Shown here piece after piece: positions 13,866 to 22,912 of a DNA stretch of 64,000 nt (position 1 is the stretch's first letter; the number at the start of each line of letters is the position of its first letter). The stretch is from Octopus sinensis (lineage: Eukaryota): NCBI RefSeq assembly GCF_006345805.1, contig NC_043016.1:12958001-13022000 (forward strand), read 5' to 3'. A program made the position numbers and the translations under genes. The notes beneath the pieces were generated by a model. That model was not told the origin of the DNA and made no database searches. It saw only the letters and a program-made list of their open reading frames with translations.

Positions 13866-14011
13866 AGTCATAGGCTTATGGCAGAGTGGTTAAGAGTCGG
13901 GCTACTAACCCCAAGATTCCGAGTTCGATTCCAGGCAGTGACCTGAATAATAATAATAATAACATTGAAAAATAGCTTAGGAATGAGAACCCAGGTTTGA
14001 AATTTCCCCAA

Positions 14012-14054
14012 GACACCTGAAGAAGGCTGGAGGGTATATCAGCTGAAACGTGTT
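14012..14054 (+). ncRNA. Minimal hammerhead ribozyme-like motif (plus strand, degenerate)
   Basis: GACAC-CUGAAGA-A-GGCUG[...]CAGCU-GAA-ACGU-GUU. It appears to lack about 2 nt near the cleavage site relative to the left-arm copy. Confidence 0.45.
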
Positions 14055-14478
14055 AACAACAAACAAGATGAGGACAAATATCTGTCAATTGTAAATAATG
14101 TGCATAATTCCTCATCTCTTAAATATAGAATTGTACTTTAATGGTACATGTGTTGGTGGAGTACTCAGCCATTTGCATGTTAATTTCATGAGCAGGTTGT
14201 TCCATTGATCAAATCAACTTGTTGCCATAACCAATGGAGTACCAGTAAAATGTTTATCTATAATCCTATCATACAACAAAATATTACCTTATAAATAAAA
14301 TATTAAAACTGAATAAAGATGATTTCTTTTTTTATGCTACCAGAAAGTTTTTGTAAGGGTTAAAGAATTATATTTAAGACTAGTAGAAGTACCCATTGAT
14401 ACCTGGGTATTGTATCAATGTAACGTAAGACACTGGTGTTTTGAGAGTTTCTTACACATCTGGTTAGTCTTGCTCATT

Positions 14479-14764
14479 TGTTTGTTTGTACCTTCTTGAG
14501 CCATGCCTGGCTCATATGGGCCGGTTTCCCAGTTTCCTTGGCGTATAGGTTCCGCACCTGGACGGGACGCCAAGATGCAGGAGGAAAGAGCAAGAGAAAG
14601 TTGTGGCGAAAGAGTCAGCAGAGGTTCGCCATTACCTTCTGCCAGAGTCATGTGGAGCTTAGGTGTTTCGCTCATAAACACACACATAGCCCGGCCTAAG
14701 ATTCGAACCTGCGATCCCTCGATCGCGAATCCGCTGCTCTAACCACTAGGCCATGTGCCTCCAC
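14479..14764 (-). mobile_element. Young intact tRNA-derived SINE (family E) with 13-bp TSD
   Basis: Perfect TSD AGTCTTGCTCATT at 14466-14478 and 14765-14777. A box TGGCCTAGTGG, B box GGTTCGAATC, (AAAC)n tail, many retained CpGs. Confidence 0.9.
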
Positions 14765-15632
14765 AGTCTTGCTCATTGATTCAGGCATATAGTTTCATAA
14801 CACTGCGTAACAAAATTTTACTTTTTCTTTCTTGTCTCTGGTCAGTAAGTATTATTTCCTATTTGCTTCTGTTTAGAAATCAAAAGAAATGACTATTATT
14901 CTCTTCAAAATTTGCTCTTCTGACCTGGACATCAAAGTTCTGGATCTTTGATGAGTAGGAGTAGTGGGAGAGAATCATAGCCACGTGTTGAGAGGGATTC
15001 TTTGGGGGTTGAATAAATGCAACAAAAGCAAAGTTGGAAGGAAACATTAGCCATTTTTCATAATTTCTTGGAGTGAGTAAATATGATATAACAGTTGCTA
15101 CCCAAGGGCAAAAATCATGTTACACTTTGTAAGATGAGAGAGTGATGTTTCAGGGATAGTTGGCTGCTATTTCTAACATTTTGTGATATCAGGTACAAGC
15201 TGCCTTGGTTAATATATACCTAATATAGTTGGTTGTGATTTGGGTGTGGTTACTTATTTCATTGCTTGTAGGTACAATGTAGGTGTCTCATTTGTTGCCT
15301 CATACATGCTTAAGCTAATAGTGTTATTTGACTTGGCTGCTATATCTATCAAGTTGAAATATACAGTGGTACCTCATTGGTTGATACAAGATATATACAT
15401 ACATAAGACAATCAGAAAAGCAGCCAACTTTTAATCACACCTATCAGATCTAGCAATGATGTAGAGGTCTCCTTTGATGGGTCAAACATACTTATGTGCA
15501 CACACAAGACAGTAATGTGTGGTTTGAGGTGAAAAATAGCTGCTATTTCTACATAATGGAAGTCTTATGTTGATTGGTATCAAAAGGGTTAAACTTGATG
15601 TATATGCTATATGCATGTATATTTGATGTATA

Positions 15633-16700
15633 CTGTAAAAGCCCATGTAATTTGCGCACCTGTGTAATTTACGCACATGATTTTGTTAAAAAAAAAGCTT
15701 CTAGTCATGTAAAACTTGCACCCAAAAGTTTTCAGAATTGCCTATATAGCCATATATATTTTGTTGCCCACAATAGATTATGTCCAATCTTTAGCATATT
15801 ACTGTATATCTTCTCAAATTGTGATCACAGGAAAAGTTGCTGATAAGAATTACCAACAAAAACAAAGCTGATAAATACACACAGGTGTTGCAAATTAAGT
15901 TTTATTACCAATAAACATCAGTTTGGATGACACTTTACTCAACCGACAGAGGAAGGTGACCGATCAGATTGATTTTGTAAACAGAATTCTTTTCCGCCTA
16001 TTCTTGTCGGAACCTTTGATACAGATTATCGAAGTTTTAATCCCTTTCATATTTATAAAATGTCAAGCAAACTTAAAAATTTGTCTTTACCATTATTGTC
16101 AGGTATGGGCAGAACTCATGTGAAGGAGAAATTAAATATGTTGAATATGCCTTTGAATGTGGCAATAGAGCCACTGGAAGGCATTTTAATGTTAAGGAAG
16201 CCAATGCTCGAAATAGGCGCGAACAGTATGGCAAACTTAAAACTGTGCCTAGTAATAAAGACAAAAATAAAAACATACAATCAAGATTATCCATATCATT
16301 GCATTTTTTTCAGTCTGGAATATCCATATCACTGTGTATGTTGATGGCGCTCCATTGCGATAGGTAGAAACTCCAAGCAATGTAAAATATGGCCTGGATC
16401 ATGTTTACTAGCATGAACATCAGACTTTGAAAAGTAGTTGACCATTAAACGGTTTTAGTAAATTTATACAGAAAAATTAAGCATTACACCATCCCAGATA
16501 AGTAAGTCAACTTACCTCTTCTGACATTAAATGAGTCAACTTCTGGTACAAATGTTTACATTTTGTATGTCTTTTATCCAACAAAGAAGAAATTTCAAAA
16601 AAAAATTTCTAGAAATGATCTACTCATGTAATGTATACACCCACTAAAGTTTAATTTTATTTTTGCATGAAAAGTGCGTAAATTACATCAGTTTTTATGG
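15633..16700 (+). mobile_element. pogo-like (Tc1/mariner superfamily) DNA transposon deletion derivative with a transposase N-terminal remnant
   Basis: Imperfect TIRs of about 27 bp (CTGTAAAAGCCCATGTAATTTGCGCAC / GTGCGTAAATTACATCAGTTTTTATGG) flanked by TA. Frameshifted VKEKL|KYVEYAFECGNRATGRHFNVKEANARNRREQ at about 16119-16230 resembles the Brinker-type HTH of pogo/POGK transposases. Confidence 0.8.
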
Positions 16701-16820
16701 TATTGTATTGACATGATTTGTTTTGTTGTACAAAAGACTTACGTAAGGTTTTTGTACACCAATTGTGTTAAGCTCAATGTATGGTTGCTCTAGTTACAAA
16801 CTAATATTTAAAAGAACTGC

Positions 16821-16863
<43 letters not shown>

Positions 16864-17869
16864 GCAATCAGCTTTGACAATTGAGGATTTTACACAGTAA
16901 TTAGTTAGTTTACAGAAATAATTGATGAGAAGCAGAAAGTCAACTGCATTGAATAATTTTGATTTGATTGAAGTGTTCTCAAAATATTGATATTTTAAAC
17001 TTTAAGATGTCCTCATAATCAAATGGGGCTTAATGGCATGATTCTTGCCATACAATGATGATGCCTACTTTAGGTGATTAGAAAACATCCATGTTACAGA
17101 GCAGCTCTTTAGGTGAATAGAAATTTAAACGAAATGTGTTCCTTTCTTTTGCATCTCTTACCAAGAGGAAGATATGTTAGGCACTCGCAGGCACATTTGT
17201 TATAATTGGGAAAAAACGATAGAAAGAAATAAGGTAGCTCATGTAATGAAGGAGATTATCAAAAAGAACGTGTTAAATTAAGGATTTAACATAGTTTTGG
17301 ATGAATGAAGGTTTGATGCACAATTTTTTTTTTTTTAAATAGTAATTTTTGTGTGAATAATATTTCTGTGGTGGAGGGTTAATTTATTTGTTCACAAGAA
17401 TGTTTGTATGTGAACCTAATTTCTTTTGAGAGTGAAGCTTTTCTATCAAAGGTCAAATAAATTAGGAAACAAAGGAGCAAAAGGACACTATGGGAATAAT
17501 TGAAAGAACCTAAAGGAAAGAAAAAAGAAAAAAATCAGCCTAAAAATCCTGCATACTGACAGGGGCTACAAGGGAAAAGAAAGAAAAGTTGTTTATCAGT
17601 GTCGGTCTGTATTGTCAGTAAGATTATAAAAATCTTCTGGAGTACATGTACTTTCAAAATTTATTTCTGACTTCAGCATAAGAATGCAGATATTTTATAT
17701 TTTTCTGGCCCCGATACATTCCTTGCTTTGTTAACTTCTGGAGGGTGAAAAGCAAAGTTCAATCCAAGGGAATTTGAACTCAGTGTCAAGGAATGTAAGT
17801 GAATGCTTTCAAAGTATTTAATTTGTCACTCTATCAGTGCCATGCAAAGACTTTTAATATTGGTTTTAA

Positions 17870-18089
17870 CCCTTTAGTGTTGAAACCGGCCATATCCGGC
17901 TAAAATATTCTACCTATTTTTTGTTCAAACTAGTCAAATACGGTCATTCATAGCTATCTTATTGTGTCATTTTAAAAATAAACAATCACATCATTGAAAT
18001 CTCAAAGCCATGAAATGATGCAAGATTAATTTTACATGGTGTGAATACATAAGCTTTACATTTTACAGAATAATCTGAATGCTAAAGGG
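17870..18089. mobile_element. piggyBac-type MITE (TTAA|CCCTTTAG...CTAAAGGG|TTAA)
   Basis: TTAA TSD and CCC/GGG termini. Related copies at about 1825, 43657 and 52070. Confidence 0.8.
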
Positions 18090-18574
18090 TTAAAGGCCAG
18101 CAGTTTTAGGAGAAAGAGGATAGCTGATTATATCAACCCCAGAATTTAACTGGTACTTTATTTTATTGACCCCAAAAGGATGAAAGGCTAAATTGGCCTC
18201 AGTGCTGGCTCTAATTTCTATAGAAAATCTGAAGAGATAACTTTAAAAAGGGACTGAATTGCACTGCTAACACAGATGGGACATAGTATTGACTTATGAG
18301 CCTTTAATATGCTTTGTTGCATAACAAAATACAGTGTTTCTACCAGTAATTAATTAAACTGATTATGTTGAATTGGCCTTGCATATACTTTTCTTGCCAT
18401 CATTTCATTATGTGGTATTCTGTACTTCATCAACTTAAATTAAAATTTTTTTTCACAATGTTTTTGTTTTTCTTGTTTCCTTCACAACTAATTTTGACCT
18501 CTTGTTCGTATTCCTTCATGATAATGGCTTTTTGTTTTGTGCTTCATAGTTATTTGTATTAATTATCCCGTTAT

Positions 18575-18950
18575 AGGTGCAAGTGTGGCTGTGTGGTTAA
18601 GAGCCTTGCTTTCCAACCATGTGGTCTTGGGTTCAATCCCACTGTATGTCAGTTTGGGCAAATGTTTTCTTTGATTAGCCCCAAGCCAATCAAAGCCTTC
18701 TGAGTAGATTTCTTCTGACTGAAAGAAGCCTGTGCGTGTGTGCGTGCGTGTGCGTGTATGTGTGTGTGTGTGTGTCCTCTATTCTATTTGACAACTGGTG
18801 TTGGTTTGATTGTGTTTCTTTAACTTAGCAGTTCAGCAAAAGAAACAGATAGAATAAGTACCAGACTGGAGTTAATATGTTCAACTAAGCCCTTCAAGTG
18901 CTCCAGCTTGGCCCCGGTCTAGAGACTGAAGCAAGTAAAAGATAGAAAAA
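18575..18950 (+). mobile_element. SINE family A
   Basis: Head, internal (TG)n and tail match family A. Confidence 0.8.
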
Positions 18951-18999
18951 AAGATACTCTTTACTGAATATTTATTTTTTGCATAAAGTCTCTCTTTGA

Positions 19000-19375
19000 A
19001 ATTATTCTTGTATTTTTTGCTTGTCTTAGTCATTGTGGCCATGCTGGGGCACTATGTTGAAGGGTTTTGTCAATGAAATTTACACCATTCCTTTTTTTTT
19101 TTAAGCCTAGTACTTTATTGGTCTTTTACCGAACTGCTAAATTACAGGGACATAAAGAAACCAAAACTGGTCAAGCTGTGGTTTGAATAGACACAAAGGT
19201 ACACGCGCATGCACACACACACACACACGTGTATGTGTGTATAGACACGTACACAATGGACCTCCTTGCTGTTTTGGTCAGTCCAAGGTTATAATGGAAG
19301 ACATTTGCTCATGGTGCCATGCAGTGGGATTGAACCCAAAACTACAAATTGAACTTATCAACCACACAGCCATGC
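19000..19375 (-). mobile_element. SINE family A, inverted relative to the adjacent 18575 copy
   Basis: Reverse-complement tail, body and head of family A. Confidence 0.75.
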
Positions 19376-19454
19376 CTCCCCATGGTAAACATGTCAGATT
19401 TTGGAGTGGTGTGTTTGGTGCTCACATGTTTATTTTTGCATCTCTGTTTTAAAT

Positions 19455-19787
19455 GAGGAGGAGACCTCCTTCGGTAATGAATGACCATGGCATTGCACCT
19501 AGAAAGTTACCCTCCTAGGCACAAGTTTGAGCAAGGTTGTTTGTGGAGGCCCATGCATACCAGCTTTCCCTCTCCACACCACTGATGTTATCCAAGGGGA
19601 AGGCAAAGGGGCCGATACAGCTTCGCACCAGTGATGTCATAACTCATTTCTACAGCTGAGTGAACTGGAGCAATGTGAAATAAAGTGTCTTGCTCAAGAA
19701 CACAACATGCAGCCCGGTCTGGGATTGGAAATCACAACCTCATGGTCATAAGCTCGATGCTCTAAACACTGAGCCATGCGCCTTCAC
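19455..19787 (-). mobile_element. SINE family C
   Basis: Closely matches 95-443. Confidence 0.8.
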
Positions 19788-19937
19788 ACTTTAAATATTA
19801 ATCCAATATACTTTATAATATTCCTTTGTAATCTTCCCTTTCATTCGTGCGTGTTGTACACTGTCAAGATCATTGATTCCTTTATATTTCTGTGTGTGTG
19901 TCAGGTGTAATTCTTTTATTTCAGTTTCATCATCTGA

Positions 19938-20263
19938 CAGCGGTTCTCAGTTGGGGGTCCACATGACCCTTGGGGGTCCACATGACCCTTGGGGGTCCAC
20001 ATGACCCTTGGGGGTCCATATAAGAATTTTGTCATTAAAATTTATGTGTGATAAATTGGTTATACTTCTATGATACACAAAATGTTTTAGCAATTTTTTT
20101 AATACAATTCTTATCAATATTCAATTATAAAAAAATTTAATAGGATTTTTTCAAACATCGAATCGTATTGAGGGTCCATCCAATTAAAATAGAAATTAAA
20201 GGGGTCCATCTGAATATAACAGAAATCGAAGGGATGTAGGTTAAAAATGTTTGAGAACAACTG
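19938..20263. mobile_element. hAT (Charlie-like) MITE with an internal 19-bp tandem repeat
   Basis: TIRs CAGCGGTTCTCA / TGAGAACAACTG, TSD-like ATCTGA(CA) / ATCTAACA. (TGGGGGTCCACATGACCCT) occurs about 3.5 times at 19952-20018. Confidence 0.65.
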
Positions 20264-20914
20264 ATCTAACATATTAGTGTTAATTAATTTTCCTTTCTTC
20301 AAGTTTTCTTTTTTATTTTCCTAGTTTACCATTTTACTAATCCAAACCTGTTTCTCTGGTAGGTAAAATAATGTACTGTCTACAGTAATACATCTAGTTT
20401 TTTTTTTTACTATCTGCAGTGTACGAAGTGGTTCAAACAAAAGATAATCTACTACTTCTATAACATTTGTATCTGAGTCCAGTTCAGTTTAATATGTTAG
20501 TTAAAGGTGTTAGCACCAGATAGAACCAGGGCAGAGAGATGGAGCCTTATGAGGAGATTTGGTAGATGGAAACTGGAAGACCTCCATATATATATATGTG
20601 TGTGTATGTATATATCTATGTGTGCAGATCTATGTTTGCTCACCCCCGCTATCACCTAACAATGGTGTTGGTTTGTTTACATCCTTATATCTTGGTAGTT
20701 TGATAATAAAAAAAAAAAGTGATCAATAGAATAAATACCAGGCTTAGAAAAAAGTACTGGGGTTGATTTGTTTCACTAAAACACTTCAAGGTTTCACTGC
20801 AATCAGTTAATTGGAACAAGTAATTAGTAAAAAGGTTCCCTCATTTAGAATATCTTTACTCATATTTTTTGTATTGTGTAACTGATGCTGCCTTACTCAT
20901 GATCACTGTTCCCA

Positions 20915-21165
20915 GTCTCCACACATGAGCAATACTCTCTATCTGCGACGATTTCATCTCAATCAAAGGAGAGGAGCTTTCTCCGTCCGGGTTGCGGATC
21001 CGTGGAACAAGCTACCAGACGAGATGGTGAAGATGCCAACAACCGCTTTGTTCAAAGTCTCCCTTGACCTCAAGTGGCCTGAACTCTTTACATGAACACC
21101 ACCCTGTACATGGCCTTGCTTTTTGCTTTTTGAGCCAAAAATTAACTAACTAACTAACTAACTAA
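20915..21165 (+). mobile_element. CR1/L2-clade LINE 3' fragment (ORF2 C-terminus, 3' UTR, (TAAC)n tail)
   Basis: 20937-21095 encodes LYLRRFHLNQRRGAFSVRVADPWNKLPDEMVKMPTTALFKVSLDLKWPELFT*, with the F(S)xRV...WNxLP...FK..LD pattern of CR1 ORF2 ends. Confidence 0.8.
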
Positions 21166-21334
21166 ATGCTTTCTGGTAATCATTCCATGCTGTATTCAAA
21201 CCCTTGTTTCTCCTTCTACAGTGTTTGGTTATGACTTTGTTGATCAATGATTGATCTTCACAGTCATAAGAACCTTTCCTGCACTCATTCAGCTCATCTA
21301 GAAACAAAGATGTCTGTATTTTATTTCAAGTATT

Positions 21335-21822
<488 letters not shown>

Positions 21823-22833
21823 TTACTTTCTGTGATATTATTGCATTTAAGGTGGCAAGCTAGCAGAATCATTAGCACAATGGACAAAATGATTAATGAT
21901 ATTTTGTTCTATCTTCATGATCTGAGTTCAAACTCTGCTGAGGTCAGCTTTGACTTTCATCAATTCAGGGTTGATAAACTAAGTACTAGTTGCATACTAC
22001 GGTTGATATAATCGACTTGTCCTTCCCCCAAAATATCAGGCCTTGTGCCTTTAGAAGAAAGGAGATTATTGCATTTAAGGCTTTGTAGCTTGTGGATTAT
22101 GTGCTCTGTGTATAAACGATGTACATACAACCAAACTTCAACTGAAGAAGAAATACTCACTATGTAAAGGTAGAATGTGGGGTTTATTTTCACAAGGGAG
22201 AACAGTAACTGTGATTTGGTATTTTTGCTGGTATACTCTTCACTTTAAAAATTGATTTGTGTATGTCAAAAGAAATCCATATTACAGTTTAAATTTGTGA
22301 TACAAAGCTTAAATGAATAAAATTAGAATTTTAATCCAATTTTTATCTCGCCACACATTTCCATTCTCTTGGTTGGTGCTTAATGTCTGAGAAGAAATGG
22401 ACTTGCAATTGATAACAGTTTCTGATCCGCAAGAAAAGATTAGTTTCCTGTCTGATTAGCATTATGAAAACCATCTATTGATCCTTTCAATCACAGTAAT
22501 TATGAGATCAAGTGTTTTTTTTTTTTTTAGTATTCTATTAATCTTTTTACTGGTTTTAGTTAATCTGCCACTATTCTAGGACCTCCACCTTTATTTTATT
22601 TTATTTTATTTTATTTTTATGTGTTTGTTTTTACTTTAATCATAATTATAGTGAGCTGTACCTTCATACCTATTTCCACAATTTGTTCTAGATTGAAATC
22701 TTAGAAATAAATTCTACCTTAAGAAACTCATTTTTTTTCTAATTTTCTTGTATATTTGCAATATTTCTGTAAAAAAAAAAAAATCCGTTGATCTCTTGAT
22801 TGTCTTAATTTTTATTTATTATTTATTTTACAG

Positions 22834-22912
22834 ACTTTCATAAATGATGTACGAATTCCCGAACAAGAATATATAACATTGGAAGAAAAATATACAATAC
22901 GCCTTGGATTTT
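22834..22912 (+). CDS. CEP170: CEP170-like gene, FHA C-terminal exon ([26 protein letters not shown]+T), 79 nt, phase 0-1
   Basis: Acceptor ttttacAG at 22832-22833. Translation is close to recalled CEP170 [26 protein letters not shown]. The exon ends at a U12 donor, ATATCCTTTG (22913). Confidence 0.93.

Larger units (their letters stand above)
13679..14136 (+). mobile_element. Inverted-repeat element: tRNA-like head between two inverted arms, each with a minimal hammerhead motif (Penelope-like pLTR-type); nested in a family C SINE
   Basis: Left arm 13679-13870 is the reverse complement of right arm 13939-14103. Spacer 13871-13938 has A box TGGCAGAGTGG and B box GTTCGATTC. The host SINE resumes at about 14141. 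TSD-like TTAAGGGTAC / TTAATGGTAC. Confidence 0.8.

Noticed and set aside
13873-13940. Possible genuine tRNA gene
   Set aside because: It has A/B boxes but no complete cloverleaf or acceptor stem and is embedded in a repeat, so it is treated as a SINE-type head.
17160-17240. Short open frame EEDMLGTRRHICYNWEKTIERNK ending at AG|GTAGCT
   Set aside because: Weak splice signals, no homology, and it would interrupt the contiguous FHA exons.
19952-20018. CRISPR-like repeat array
   Set aside because: These are perfect tandem repeats with no spacers, inside a eukaryotic MITE.
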